This document shows positions 40,010 through 51,215 of a stretch of 64,000 bases of DNA, in pieces. The notes below the pieces were generated by a model, which was not told the DNA's origin, made no database searches, and saw only the letters and a list, made by a program, of their open reading frames with translations. Source of the stretch: an uncultured Alphaproteobacteria bacterium (lineage in GTDB: Bacteria; Pseudomonadota; Alphaproteobacteria; ATCC43930; CGMCC-115725); assembly GCA_963730745.1 (NCBI GenBank), contig CAVSTA010000025.1, forward strand, positions 1 through 64,000, given 5' to 3'. The position numbers and the translations under genes were made by a program. Each line of letters begins with the position of its first letter. The first letter of the stretch is position 1.

Positions 40010-40990
40010 ATGCGCAGGAAGCTCGGCAAGACAGGACCAGAGGTGTCCGCGATCGGTCTCGGCTGCATGTCTTTGTCGGGAGTCTACGGCACGAGCGACG
40101 ATGAGGCCGGGGTCCGACTGATCCATCGGGCCATCGAGCTCGGCGTCGACCATTTCGACAGCTCGGACATGTATGGCTGGGGCCAGAACGAGGAATTGCT
40201 CGGCCGGGCATTGAAGGGCCGGCGCAACGACGTCGTGATCGCGACCAAATTCGGCCAGACCCGCCGGCCGGGCGGCGCCAACGGCGTCGACGGCAGCCCC
40301 GCCTATGTAACTCAGGCCTGCGAGGCGAGCCTGAAGCGCCTCGGGGTCGATGTCATCGATCTTTATTACCAGCACCGGGTCGACCCGGGGGTGCCGGTCG
40401 AGGAGACCGTCGGCGGGATGTCGCGACTCGTCGAACAAGGCAAAGTGCGTTATCTCGGGCTGTGCGAGGCGCGGCCGGAACGCATCCGCCGGGCCCACGC
40501 CACCCATCCGATCGCCGCGGTGCAAAGCGAATTCTCGCTCCTCTACCGGGAAGAGGCGACCGAGACGCGCGAGCTCACGCGCGACTTGGGTATCGGCTTT
40601 GTCGCTTACGCCCCGCTCGGCCGCGGCCTACTGACCGGCGACGTCCCGGATCTCGGAAATTTGGCCGAAGGCGATACGCGCGGCCGTCACCCCCGGTTCA
40701 TGGGTGACAATTTCGCCAAGAACCGCGAGCTGGTGCAACGCATCGAAGCAATCGCCCAAGAAAGAGGCTGCACCCCCGCGCAGCTCTGCCTGGCTTGGCT
40801 CCTAGCGCAAGGCCCCGATGTGATCCCGATCCCGGGCACCAAGCGTATCGAACGGCTGGAGGAGAATCTCGGCGCGATGCGGGTGCATCTGACCGAGGCC
40901 GATATCGATCGCATCTCGACCGCGATTCCGATTGGCGCCGCCGCCGGCACCCGTTATCCCGAAGGCGGGATGCGAGGCGTCTATATCTGA
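40010..40990 (+). CDS. Aldo/keto reductase (Tas-like)
   Basis: MRRKLGKTGPEVSAIGLGCM...HFDSSDMYG...IATKFG...YYQHRVDP. Confidence 0.75.
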   Translation: MRRKLGKTGPEVSAIGLGCMSLSGVYGTSDDEAGVRLIHRAIELGVDHFDSSDMYGWGQNEELLGRALKGRRNDVVIATKFGQTRRPGGANGVDGSPAYVTQACEASLKRLGVDVIDLYYQHRVDPGVPVEETVGGMSRLVEQGKVRYLGLCEARPERIRRAHATHPIAAVQSEFSLLYREEATETRELTRDLGIGFVAYAPLGRGLLTGDVPDLGNLAEGDTRGRHPRFMGDNFAKNRELVQRIEAIAQERGCTPAQLCLAWLLAQGPDVIPIPGTKRIERLEENLGAMRVHLTEADIDRISTAIPIGAAAGTRYPEGGMRGVYI

Positions 40991-41053
40991 GGTTTGCCCA
41001 TTACAGGGCGGATCGCATAAACTCCGTGATCAACTAGAGGGAGTGAGGCGAGC

Positions 41054-41572
41054 ATGGCGTCACCGACAAAGCTGTCGCACATCGTGTTGCAGACCAATCG
41101 CCGGCGCGAGATGATCGATTGGTACTGCACTGTGCTCGGCGCCGAGATACTTTACGAAGCCGAGCGCATCTCGTTTATCAGTTACGACGACGAGCATCAC
41201 AGGGTCGCCTTCCTCGACCCCGGGCCGCTGACGGAGCGGCAGCCGGACGCGGCGGGCCTCAATCACGTCGCGTTCACATTTGGCGGTGTCGACGATCTGA
41301 TCGACAATTACCAGCGACTCAAGGATATCGGCATTCGTCCGCATCGCTGCGTCAATCACGGCGTGACGACGTCGATGTATTACCACGATCCCGACCACAA
41401 CCAGGTCGAGCTCTTGGTCGACAATTTCGTGACGGCCGAGGAAGGCCAATCGTACATGCGGCGGCGCTCGGCCGCCGACAAGAACCCGGTCGGGGTCGTC
41501 TATGATCCGGAAGAGCTGGCCCAGCGCGTCCACGCCGGTCTGCGCGTCGAGGAACTCGCCTCGATTAACTAA
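41054..41572 (+). CDS. VOC-family (glyoxalase/extradiol-dioxygenase fold) protein
   Basis: LSHIVLQTN...GLNHVAFTF...VNHGVTTSMYYHDPDHNQVEL. Confidence 0.6.
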   Translation: MASPTKLSHIVLQTNRRREMIDWYCTVLGAEILYEAERISFISYDDEHHRVAFLDPGPLTERQPDAAGLNHVAFTFGGVDDLIDNYQRLKDIGIRPHRCVNHGVTTSMYYHDPDHNQVELLVDNFVTAEEGQSYMRRRSAADKNPVGVVYDPEELAQRVHAGLRVEELASIN

Positions 41573-41585
41573 AACCGCGACTGAC

Positions 41586-42917
41586 TCAGCTCGCGAGCGG
41601 GTGTGGGCGCGGGTTCGAGCCGTCGGTGAACCGGGAGAGGCGGAACGGCGCCGGGTCTACCAGGGTCGGGTCGCCGGCGACCATGTCCGCCGCCAGCTTG
41701 CCGGCTCCCGGTCCGATGCCGAAGCCATGACCGGAGAACCCGGTGGCAATAAAGAAGCCGGGCAGGCTCTCGACCGGTGAGATGACCGGTATCGCGTCGG
41801 GCATGACGTCGATCATGCCGCCCCAGCTTTCGGCGACCACCGCGTTGCGGAACACCGGGAAGGCTGCGGCCGTGGCGGCGCGTGCCCGATCGACGACGAA
41901 CTGATCAGGCTCCGGATCGAGCACGCGCATCGCCTCGAACGGCGAGGCCTGGTCCAAGCCCCAATGGCGCGGGATTCGCCATTCCTCAACCCAGCGGCGG
42001 CCGACGCGGAACCGCAACTTCTTCCAGTGCAGCCGCGCTGCGGGTAGATAATCGAAGAACAGCCGAAAGTTATCCGGTACGAGGTCGATCGTCCGGACCC
42101 CGAGGGTTGCGACGGTGTAGCCGCCATCCATCCGTTTGCGAAACCCGAAGAGGCCTCCAGATGCCGAAATCTCCGGGCCGCCTTCGAGCGGTTGAGTGCG
42201 CATGACCGTCGCCAACACTTTGAGCTGCGGCAGCTCAACGCCGAGATTGCCGCAGAACAGCCGGCACCAGGCGCCGCCGGCGAGCACGACCTTGTCGCAA
42301 GCGATGCGGCCCTTTTCGGTCACCACCCCCGAGACGCGCCCGCCTTCTGTTTCGATGCCGCGTGCGGCGCATTGGGTCAGGATCCCCGCGCCGTGCCGCC
42401 GCGCCGCTTCGGCGATCGCCGGAGCCGCCCGCTGCGGCTCGGCTTTGCCGTCGCTCGCGGTGTAGAGCGCGCCAGTCCAGTTGCCCGTCAAACCAGGCAT
42501 CAGCTCCGCCGCTTCGGCACGGGTGAGTATGCGGGTGTCGAGCTGATACTGGCGGGCGTGCTCGAGCCAGGTTTCGAGCTGCCCGAGCTCGGCCTGGGTC
42601 TCGGCCAGATACATGATGCCGGCTTGGCGGAAACCGGTCTCGGCCTCGACCAATTCGTTCATCCCCTGCCAGAGCCGCAGGCTCTCGATGATCAGCGGCA
42701 ATTCGCGCGGATCGCGTCCCATCTTGCGGCACCAGCCCCAATTGCGGCTCGACTGCTCGCCGGCAATGTGCCCCTTCTCGCACAGGACTGCCCGGACACC
42801 CTTTTGCGCCAGGAACAGCGCCGTGCTGGTGCCGATGATCCCGCCGCCGATGATCACGACGTCGGCGCGCGCCGGCAGCGCTTGGTCGGAACGAACCGGA
42901 TCGACCCGCGGCGCCAT
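41586..42917 (-). CDS. FAD-dependent oxidoreductase (DAO/D-amino-acid-dehydrogenase-like)
   Basis: ADVVIIGGGIIGTSTALFLAQKG...; ...FIATGFSGHGFGIGPGAG. The ORF's apparent N-terminal extension is translated REP sequence. Confidence 0.7.
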   Translation of the reverse strand: MAPRVDPVRSDQALPARADVVIIGGGIIGTSTALFLAQKGVRAVLCEKGHIAGEQSSRNWGWCRKMGRDPRELPLIIESLRLWQGMNELVEAETGFRQAGIMYLAETQAELGQLETWLEHARQYQLDTRILTRAEAAELMPGLTGNWTGALYTASDGKAEPQRAAPAIAEAARRHGAGILTQCAARGIETEGGRVSGVVTEKGRIACDKVVLAGGAWCRLFCGNLGVELPQLKVLATVMRTQPLEGGPEISASGGLFGFRKRMDGGYTVATLGVRTIDLVPDNFRLFFDYLPAARLHWKKLRFRVGRRWVEEWRIPRHWGLDQASPFEAMRVLDPEPDQFVVDRARAATAAAFPVFRNAVVAESWGGMIDVMPDAIPVISPVESLPGFFIATGFSGHGFGIGPGAGKLAADMVAGDPTLVDPAPFRLSRFTDGSNPRPHPLAS

Positions 42918-42924
42918 CGGGCTA

Positions 42925-43035
42925 CTTGGGCAAGTGGTCGTCACCCCCGCGAAAGCGGGGGCCCAGGGCAAGCGGTCGAGACTTGCCGCCCTGGGTTCCC
43001 GCTTTCGCGGGAAAGACGAAGCAGACAGGGGAAGG
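42925..43035. repeat. Pair of inverted REP elements of the 'VIPAKAGI' family (tcacccccgcgaaagcgggggcccaggg ... ccctgggttcccgctttcgcgggaa)
   Basis: cccgcgaaagcggg palindrome twice in opposite orientation. Same family at 50745-50790 and 51600-51645. Confidence 0.6.
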
Positions 43036-44166
43036 TTCTGACTTCATGCCCATTCAATCGATCGCGGCGTGCACGAGGTTGGCCACCCGGTCGAGGCGGG
43101 CGGAATGCCACGGGTCGGGCTGACGCGAAATTGGTGATGTAGGTGAACGACACGCCGCTCGTCGGGTCGGCCCACGAATATGAAGTGCCGGCGCCGCCAT
43201 GACCGAAGGTCTCCGGCGCGCCGATCGTGCCGAGGCCGCGGATGCGGTCGCTGTCGCCGCGGACATGCGGCCCCAGGCCGCGGTGCATCGGAATGCCGCC
43301 CATCGCATCGTCGCCGCGGTCGCCGGTGTGACTGCGCGTTACGTAGCTCACCAGCCGCGGCGACAGCAGCCGCACATCCCCGAGCCGGCCGCGCCCCAGC
43401 AGCATCTGGTAGAACGCCGCCATCCCGCGTGCGGTCGCATAGCCGCCGCCGCTCGGCATGCCGGCCGCCTTGAACTCGGCCGAGTTGTCCCGGGCCTCCG
43501 GCGCATAAGTGTCGGCGCAACGCTCCTGCTCGCTCGGCGGGACGCCGACAAAGATGTCTTTGGCGAGCCCGAGCGGGGCCAGCACCTTTTCCCGGATCAC
43601 GTCGCGATAGTCCTTTCCGGTAACCGCCTCGATGACCATCGCCTGGGTCAGATGCGCCGCGCGCGGGTGATATTGCAGCCGCGTGCCGGGGGTCCAGTCG
43701 AGCGAGAAGTCGCAAACCTCGTCGCGCATCCTCGTGTGATCGGTCCAGGTCGCCTGGGTCACGTCGCCGCTCGGAAAGCCGCCCTGATGGGTCATGACCT
43801 GATGCAAAGTGATCTCGCCCTTGCCGCGCTTGGCGAACTCCGGCAGGTGATCGGCAATCCGGTCCATAAAGGAGAGCTTGCCTTCCTCGATCAATGTCCA
43901 GACCGCGCAGCTGGTCAGCACCTTGGTCTGGCTGAACAGCAGGAAAAGTGTGTCATCGGTTGCCGGCAGGTTGCGGCCCTCGGTCTTGGCATTGCCGTAG
44001 GTGCGGAACAGCGCCAGCTGGCCGTCACGCGCCAGCGCTATCTGCGCGCCGGGATAACGGTCTTCCTCGATATGGCCGCGGATCAGCCGATCGAGATGCT
44101 GCAACGGCGTAGCGGCAAAGCCGAGGCTCGCCGGATCGGCGGCGGGCAAGGGATAAGCGTCAGGCA
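43030..44166 (-). CDS. Serine hydrolase of the beta-lactamase (class C/esterase EstB-like) family; 3' end uncertain (runs into REPs)
   Basis: MPDAYPLPAADPAS...FLLFSQTKVLTS (S-x-x-K)...HLTQAMVIEAVTG... Confidence 0.6.
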
Positions 44167-44305
44167 TGGCGGTCACCTCAAAAGGTCCTGCTGCGATGCT
44201 ACATGACCGCGCGCGCTTGTGGGAGGGCAATCGATGCTCTCCGATAGGCGGGACGAGAGGTTTCGGCGTAAGATCGCGCCGCAGCTGCTTTCTCGGGAGG
44301 ACGAA

Positions 44306-45509
44306 ATGCGCGAAGCCGTTATCGTATCGACCGCCCGCACGCCGATCGGCAGGGCTTATCGCGGTGCCTTCAACGACACGCAGGCGCAGGCTCTCGCCGG
44401 GCATGTGGTCGCCGAGGCAGTGCGGCGCGCCGGCGTCGATCCGGCCGAGGTCGAGGATATCGTGCTGGGCGCCGCACTGCAGCAAGGGTCAAGTGGGTAT
44501 AATGTGGCACGGCAGGCGGCAGTTCGCGCGGGGCTGGCGATTTCGGTTCCGGGGATGACGATCGACCGACAATGTTCCTCGGGGCTAATGGCGATCGCGA
44601 CCGCTGCGAAACAGATCGTACACGATGGAATGGAAATCGCCGTCGGCGGCGGGGTCGAGTTCGATCTCGCTGGTCCAGAACGAACACCGCAACCAATATC
44701 GCGCGCAAGATCCCTGGCTGACCGAGCACCGGCCCGACCTCTACATGACGATGATCGAGACGGCCGAGATCGTCGCCGAGCGCTATCAGGTCACCCGCGA
44801 CGCGCAGGACGAATACGCCTTGCAATCCCAGCAACGCACCGCGGCAGCGCAGGCGGCCGGACGTTTTGACCGGGAGATCGCTGCGTTGCCCTCGATCATG
44901 CGGGCCGAAAACCGCGAAACCGGCGCGATCTCCGACATCCCGGTGACGCTCGAAAAGGATGAAGGCAACCGGCCATCGACCACATTCGCGGGGTTGGCGT
45001 CGCTGAAACCGGTATTCCGCGATGGGCAGACCGTCAAAGAGGGCCGGTTCATCACGGCGGGGAACGCTTCTCAGCTGTCCGACGGCGCATCCGCCTCGCT
45101 GCTGATGGAGGCGAAGGAGGCGGAACGCCGTGGGCTGCAACCGCTCGGGGCCTATCGCGGCATCGCAGTTGCCGGCTGTGCGCCGGACGAGATGGGGATC
45201 GGCCCGGTTTTCGCCGTACCAAAGCTGTTGCGGCAGCACGGGCTCACAGTCGAGGATATCGGGCTCTGGGAGCTCAACGAGGCCTTTGCGGTGCAGGCTC
45301 TTTATTGCCGCAACCGGCTCGGCATCGATCCCGAGCGGTACAATGTCGACGGTGGCGCCATTTCCATCGGTCATCCTTACGGAATGTCCGGCGCGCGCAT
45401 GGTCGGTCACGCGCTGATCGAGGGAAAGCGCCGCGGGGTTCGTCATGTTGTCGTCACGATGTGCGTCGGCGGCGGCATGGGCGCGGCCGGGCTATTCGAG
45501 GTCTTGTGA
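44306..45509 (+). CDS. Acetyl-CoA C-acyltransferase (thiolase), one frameshift near 44660
   Basis: [25 protein letters not shown]...[12 protein letters not shown]...NASQLSDGA...[18 protein letters not shown]...[15 protein letters not shown]. Confidence 0.75.
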
Positions 45510-45610
45510 GACCATTTACCGCGCCGAATACCGCCGTTCGCCAGCGAACCCAACAATAAAAAATTAACCACGAATAATGGACTGATGCGAGCCAAAAGCT
45601 GCTATTTAAA

Positions 45611-46363
45611 TTGGCCAGCTGTAAGGGGAAAAACCTTTTGGGCTACGCTAAATGGCTAATCACTGCTTTGTTTGCGTCCCAGGTAATTACTCCGGTTGCA
45701 ATTGGGGGTGAACGGGAGGGCTTGCGCGACGCTCGGGCCGTGCCAGGCAAGCTCGCCCATTCGGGACGTCCAGCGGCCAAGGATGCCAATCCGACGGCGC
45801 CCCTCGACCGCGTGGCGAGTGCGGTGGATGGAGCGGAGTCGAGCCACGGCAACGACATGGCCATGTGGCGCCCGGATCCCTCCGGACCGCAGGGGCCGAT
45901 GCAGGTAAGCGAGGCGGCGGCGGCGGATGTCGGCGGCGGGGACCGATTTGATTCATTGCAGAACCGCACGATAGGAAGGGCGTATTTGGTACAGCTCTAC
46001 GGGCGATACGGTAATTGGCCCGACGCGATCGCCGCTTATAATTGGGGCATTGGCAAGATGGATGCCTGGGTGAGAGCCGGACGACCTCCCGACCAATTTC
46101 TCGTCGGCGTTGCGGTCTATTTGCGGCGCGTTCTCCACGAAAGCGGCCTGTGCATCAGCGCCGAGGCTGGGCGGCACCGGCAACCAAGCGAAGAGGCGAG
46201 GGAGCCCGCTTCGGCGCCGCCGGACTCGCTTGTCTACGCCGCTTGTTCCGGACCCGACGCCTGGGCCGGAGCATCGGGTTTTGGGGGCGGACCGACGCGA
46301 TTTTCCCGAAAACTCGACCAGGCGCTGAAGCTGGCTCTGCAGCGTGCGGCGCAGGGCGGGTGA
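45611..46363 (+). CDS. Secreted lytic transglycosylase (SLT/lysozyme-like) domain protein
   Basis: Signal peptide; ESSHGND...GPMQVSEA...AYNWGIGKM resembles the SLT catalytic E-S..G/MQ.../AYNaG pattern. Confidence 0.55.
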   Translation: MASCKGKNLLGYAKWLITALFASQVITPVAIGGEREGLRDARAVPGKLAHSGRPAAKDANPTAPLDRVASAVDGAESSHGNDMAMWRPDPSGPQGPMQVSEAAAADVGGGDRFDSLQNRTIGRAYLVQLYGRYGNWPDAIAAYNWGIGKMDAWVRAGRPPDQFLVGVAVYLRRVLHESGLCISAEAGRHRQPSEEAREPASAPPDSLVYAACSGPDAWAGASGFGGGPTRFSRKLDQALKLALQRAAQGG

Positions 46364-46773
46364 TCGGGTGTCAGGCCGCCAACAGCCAACCCGCGATGCG
46401 CAAGGCGATATTCCACAGAAAGAGCGACAACGCGATGTTCGACAGCAGCGCCGTGTCGAGGGGCAGTGGCTCTTGCACCCGTGTTGTTGCCGCGTGCGCC
46501 ATCGGGCCTCCTCCGCTGGACCTCGCACGGCAAATTCCGCGCTCGATGTTGACCAGCAAACATCGTGCCATGCTGTTATCAGATTGAAACCGCTATGTTC
46601 CTTTTCCCGTCTACGGTAGGCTGTAAAAATTTCCGACGTAAAGGCGTTGCCGACCAGGCCGTCCGCATCTGTCTTCCGCGTCAACAAATTTGCAATCAAA
46701 CTCTGATAAATCTGCGGCCTATCTCCCGTTACGCGCAATACCGGCCCGGCCTAACGACCGTGGAGAGACCGAC

Positions 46774-47121
46774 ATGATGGAGATTTTTCTGATACAGCTG
46801 CTGGCTGCAGGCCTTGGCGCCCTCAGCACGGCTTGGGCCGACTGGTCGTATAATCGGTCGCGGATTGGTCGGCGCCTTCACGCGTTCTGGGTTGCCGCTT
46901 CTATCGCGATGATTTGCCTGCCGGTCGTGTCTTGGACCACGATGGTGTTCCTCGGTTGGGGGCTGCTCGGCGAATTGGTCGCCAGCACATTTGTCGGTGC
47001 GATCTTTCTCTGGGTGCATCGAAATCTGCCGAAGTCCCGCCAAATCCGCCAATTTGGGCCGGCCCTCCCCGACGTCCGCGAAGCGGCGCCGTACCCCCCG
47101 GTATCCAGACTCGATGGGTAA
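46774..47121 (+). CDS. Hypothetical small membrane protein
   Basis: MMEIFLIQLLAAGLGALSTAWADW...; 3 hydrophobic helices; AT-rich promoter-like upstream region. Confidence 0.35.
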   Translation: MMEIFLIQLLAAGLGALSTAWADWSYNRSRIGRRLHAFWVAASIAMICLPVVSWTTMVFLGWGLLGELVASTFVGAIFLWVHRNLPKSRQIRQFGPALPDVREAAPYPPVSRLDG

Positions 47122-47137
47122 ACGATCCGATTTCGGA

Positions 47138-47950
47138 TCAGCGGCTGCCCTTTGCAGCGACATGCTCGGCTTTTGAAAGGGTTAGCTTCTCGGGGTGGAC
47201 GATCGTTTTGTTCACTGCAGCGCGCGCCGCGCCGAGATTGGGGAATTCGGCCTCCACGCCTTCTCGTTGCAGCACATAGGACGCAGACATTGCCTTGCCG
47301 CTCTTCTGGTCGGCGACCGTGCGCTTGATAATCGTCCAGTGGACGCGGCGGGTGCCCCCTTCGTCTACATCCTCGGTAACATCCTCGAAACCCCGGTCGA
47401 CCACCGATTCGAGTGCATAGAGCTTCTGCTCCGGCTTTCTCAGCGGAGCTTCCCGACCTCTTCCCGGCGGTCGGCCGCTCGATCGCCTGTCCCGCCGCCC
47501 CCGATTGTCCGAGCCCTGTTCCCGCCGATCCGGCCCTCGCGCGCCGGCCTCACCCGGCCTCGCAGCCCGTTCACGCGGCTGGCGCGGACCATCGCGGCGC
47601 GGCTCCCCTTCCGGTGCCGCACGGTCGGGTGGCCGCCGGTTGCGCGGACGGCCCGGCCAAGGCCTCCCGACCTTCCGGGGCTCCGACTGTGATCCGCCCT
47701 CGGTAATCGCTTCGGACCCGCTCGGGCTTTGCCCGCCGGAAGCCGCCTGCTCGATCGGACCTGGTCTGCCCGCCGGCCGACGGCGCCGGCGGCGCGGGCG
47801 GGGTGGCTCACTGGCCATCCCGGGCGCAGGCTGAGCCTGCCTCGACCCCTTCGCCGGGAGTGACCGCCGTCGGGTCCGAGGAGCCGCTCTCGTCGACCGG
47901 AACATCGGCGCTCACCGGCAATTGTTGCGACATCTCGCGCGGCGGCCCGC
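47138..47950 (-). CDS. Arg/Pro-rich low-complexity protein with a conserved C-terminal domain (possibly DUF4167-like), N-terminal frameshift
   Basis: C-term KLYALESVVDRGFEDVTEDVDEGGTRRVHWTIIKRTVADQKSGKAMSASYVLQREGVEAEF. The DUF name is recalled, not verified. Confidence 0.3.
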
Positions 47951-48398
47951 GACGGCGGCGGCGATGACGCCGGGGTTTTGGCGCCTGAGCGTCGCCCGCG
48001 GTCTACCTCCCTCGGCATCCCCCTGGGTCTCAACGTGTGCGTCCCGAACCCTATCGCCCGCCAGTGGCGTCCCTTCAAGTGTGGTTTGATCCGCTGCCGC
48101 TGCTCCTGGCAACGCTGCCGCCGGCGGGGGTCGGCGGCGGCGTCGCCGGCGCCGGCGGTGCGGCTGCTGGGCTTCGCCGTTCTGCAATGACGGGCCAGCT
48201 GGATTGGCACCGTCCGGGGCGTCCGCGATGGTTGCGCCCGGCGTTTCGCTCTCTACACTCGCCGTGGGAGCGCTGGGCGGATCGTCGGAAGAATGCGGCA
48301 TCGGGGCGTTTCCTCGAGCGGCGATATGATTTCAGGCAACGGTATCACGACCAGCGGGGTGCCGCGATGTCAACCGCGCAAGATCAAAGTCGGAGCTG

Positions 48399-49487
48399 AT
48401 GATGCAAGGCCGAGCCGTTAATTCGAGCGTGATCGCCTCGAGCGTCATAGGCGGGGCGATGCTGCCCCACGCCCCGCAATTCTTCACGATGCCCGAAACC
48501 GAGGACCGCGACACGGTCGAGCGGGTCAGGACTACGGCGGCCGAAATCGGCGCCAGGCTGAAGGCCTTGACGCCCGATCTCTGGATCATCTTTTCGAACG
48601 ATCATGCCGAGCAATTTTTCCATCAGGCGGCGCCACCTTTCACCATCCATGTCGGGGACGCGGCCGAGGGCGCGTTCGCGGGCCGGAGTTTCCGCTGGAA
48701 AGTTCCCAGCGAGATCGGTCTGGAGCTCGTCCGGCAGCTCTATCGGCAGGGCTTCGACCCGGCCTACACCAGCGTCGCCAAGATCGATTACGCGATGGGC
48801 ATTCCGCTCACCCATCTCGGCGTCGCGGATCCGGTCCTGCCGATCTATGTCAATGCCTACCTGCCGCCGCAGCCGACGATGGAGCGCTGTTATGCCTTTG
48901 GCCAGGCAGTCGCGCGGATCGTTTCCGCAATGGGCCTGAGGACAGCGGTCGTCGCGAGCGGCGGCATGTCGCATTTCCCCGGCACCGCGCGCTATCCTCA
49001 TCCGGAACTCGCCTGGGACGAGGCGGTCATGGCTCAACTCTGCACCGGCAATCTGAAATCGCTGATCGGCTGGGACGAAGCCGCGCTCGATGAAGCCGGC
49101 AATGTCGAGTTGCGCTGCTGGGCGGCGGCCGCCGGCGCGCTCGGCGAGCGCAAGCCCGACATCGCCGCGCTGGAGCCGAGTTGGCATCACAACTACGCTT
49201 CGCTCGGATTTTTAGCTCCACCGCCCGACGGACCCGATCCGCATTATCCCTCGATCACACCGGAGCTGGTCGAGCTGACGACCGCTCTGCACGGGTTGGC
49301 GCACGACGAAGATAGGCGCGGCCAATATCTCGCCGACGCCGCAGCCTATGCGGGCAATTTTCGGCTGACGCCGCCACAGCAGGCTGCTTTGCTCGCGCTC
49401 GACACACAAGCGCTGGTGAAGATGGGCGTCCATCCGCTGGTCGCATTCCTCGCCAACATGCAGGTCGAGCGGCAACGCAAGAGTTGA
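48399..49487 (+). CDS. Class III extradiol ring-cleavage dioxygenase (LigB family) with a C-terminal LigA-like domain
   Basis: LPHAPQFF...IIFSNDHAEQF...VVASGGMSHFPG; C-term LTPPQQAALLALDTQALVKMGVHPLVAF. Confidence 0.6.
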   Translation: MMQGRAVNSSVIASSVIGGAMLPHAPQFFTMPETEDRDTVERVRTTAAEIGARLKALTPDLWIIFSNDHAEQFFHQAAPPFTIHVGDAAEGAFAGRSFRWKVPSEIGLELVRQLYRQGFDPAYTSVAKIDYAMGIPLTHLGVADPVLPIYVNAYLPPQPTMERCYAFGQAVARIVSAMGLRTAVVASGGMSHFPGTARYPHPELAWDEAVMAQLCTGNLKSLIGWDEAALDEAGNVELRCWAAAAGALGERKPDIAALEPSWHHNYASLGFLAPPPDGPDPHYPSITPELVELTTALHGLAHDEDRRGQYLADAAAYAGNFRLTPPQQAALLALDTQALVKMGVHPLVAFLANMQVERQRKS

Positions 49488-49497
49488 CGGCCACGCC

Positions 49498-50640
49498 TTA
49501 CCGGCTCGATACGAGCCCGCTGACGTTGAGCACTGCGATCGGGCGGCTGAGGCCTTTCAACGCAATGTCGCCGAGGGGCTGCAGCTCCGCCAATTTATCG
49601 ATCGCCGCTGCCACCCGCTGGGTCACCAGGATTTGGCCGTCCTTGGCCTCGGCGCAGAGCCGCGCCGCCACATTGGTGACGGTGCCGATCGCGGTGTAGT
49701 CGAAGCGGCCCTCGAAACCGATTCGCCCCAATGTGGCATAGCCTTGGGCGATCCCGACGCCGAAACCGATCTCGTGTCCACGGGCCGTCCATGAGCGAGC
49801 GAGCGAGGCAACCCTTTCCCGCATGTCGACGGCAAGCCGAACGGCGCGCAGAACGGGGTCGGGGCAGGGTATCGGATCATTGAAGATCACGATCAGACCA
49901 TCGCCGGTAAAACTGTCGATCATCCCTTCGTAGCGATGGATCAGCGGTCCAAGCGCGCAATGATATTCGCCCAGAACCGCCATCACGTCTTCCGGCTCGG
50001 CGGTTTCGGCCAATGCCGTAAAGCCGCGCATGTCACAGAACAGGACGACAATATCGCGCCGGTGGCTTTCGAGGATCGCCTCGCCACCCGAGGAGACGAT
50101 CGTCTCGGCAATCTGCGGCGCGAGAAACCGCTTCAGGCGGCCGATACGCTCGATTTCGCCGACCTGCGCCGCAACTCTTTCCTCGAGCGTCTTGTTCCAG
50201 GCGGCGAGTTCGGTCGCCTGCTCCCCAAGCCGCCGCGCTTGTGCCTGCACGGTGTCGTGCAGGGCCTTGATGCGCAGCATCGCGCGCACCCTGGCCGACA
50301 GAGCGGCATGATCGACCGGCTTCGTCAGGTAATCGTCGCCGCCGCTTTCCAGCCCCGCGACAACGTCCGCGCCGTCCGATTTGGCAGTGACCAGGATCAC
50401 CGGAATGAAGGGCAGCGAGAGGTCGGCCTTCAGCCGCTTGACGGTCTCGATGCCGTCCATCTTCGGCATCATGATGTCGAGCAATATGAGATCGGGCAGC
50501 AGCTCGCGGGTTTTTTCCAACGCCTCGACCCCGTCCGCCGCAGTCACGACCTCGTAGCGCTGGCTTTCCAGGCGAATTTGCAGGATCTCGACATTGTCCG
50601 GAACATCATCGACAACCAGGATCAACGGCGGCTCACGCAT
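49498..50640 (-). CDS. Response-regulator receiver fused to a class III adenylate/guanylate cyclase domain
   Basis: LILVVDDVPDNV...DLILLDIMMPKMDG (REC) then DIVVLFCDMRGFTALAE...GDGLIVIFN...GTVTNVAARL (CHD). Confidence 0.7.
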   Translation of the reverse strand: MREPPLILVVDDVPDNVEILQIRLESQRYEVVTAADGVEALEKTRELLPDLILLDIMMPKMDGIETVKRLKADLSLPFIPVILVTAKSDGADVVAGLESGGDDYLTKPVDHAALSARVRAMLRIKALHDTVQAQARRLGEQATELAAWNKTLEERVAAQVGEIERIGRLKRFLAPQIAETIVSSGGEAILESHRRDIVVLFCDMRGFTALAETAEPEDVMAVLGEYHCALGPLIHRYEGMIDSFTGDGLIVIFNDPIPCPDPVLRAVRLAVDMRERVASLARSWTARGHEIGFGVGIAQGYATLGRIGFEGRFDYTAIGTVTNVAARLCAEAKDGQILVTQRVAAAIDKLAELQPLGDIALKGLSRPIAVLNVSGLVSSR

Positions 50641-50744
50641 CTTCGCTCTCCAAAAGAACACTTCACCGCAGTCATTGCAGAGGACGCGCAGTGGACGCGG
50701 ACATTAGAGGCCATTGGCCATTCTGACGATCCCGTCACGCGTAT

Positions 50745-50790
50745 GTCTTTGCTCGTCATCCCAGCGAAAGCGGGGGTGACGACAACGGCG
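50745..50790. repeat. REP element of the 'VIPAKAGI' family (gtcatcccagcgaaagcgggggtgacg)
   Basis: Same palindrome family as 42925-43035. Confidence 0.55.
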
Positions 50791-50807
50791 CGGCGAAAGG
50801 GCAGGGC

Positions 50808-51131
50808 ATGATTGCAAACCCGATGCCTTGGCCGGACGGCGCGCGCTGCGCGGTCGCGATGACCTGGGAAATGGATGCCGACAGCGCCTGCAACTGGTAC
50901 AATCAGGACACCGCCGACAATCTCGTAGCCGCGCAACCCTGGACGCGCTACGACCCGCTGATCGCGATCCCGCGCCTCGTCGAGCAGTTCGCGCGCCTCG
51001 ACCTGGTATGCGATCACGTGCAGAAGCGGATGGCCGAGGGCCGCTGGACCCCGCGCTACGAGACGTTCCCGATCTACCAGAGCCCGCTCCCGGAGTTCTC
51101 GAAGGACCGGGAAGCCGGTTTAGCAAAATAG
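50808..51131 (+). pseudogene. Short ORF resembling the N-terminus of a polysaccharide-deacetylase/PuuE-like enzyme, truncated
   Basis: PWPDGARCAVAMTWEMDADSA... then a stop after 107 aa. Weak similarity. Confidence 0.25.
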
Positions 51132-51215
51132 CCGGGCGGAGCTGGTGTCGAGATTCAATCATGGAACCAGGTATTTGATGCATGAATTGATCAATTGATG
51201 GCATGGAACCGCTCC

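Noticed and set aside
46371-46502. 43 aa hydrophobic ORF (MAHAATTRVQEPLPLDTALLSNIALSLFLWNIALRIAGWLLAA) on the minus strand
   Set aside because: Could be a small membrane protein, but no RBS or conservation evidence; too short to call from sequence alone.
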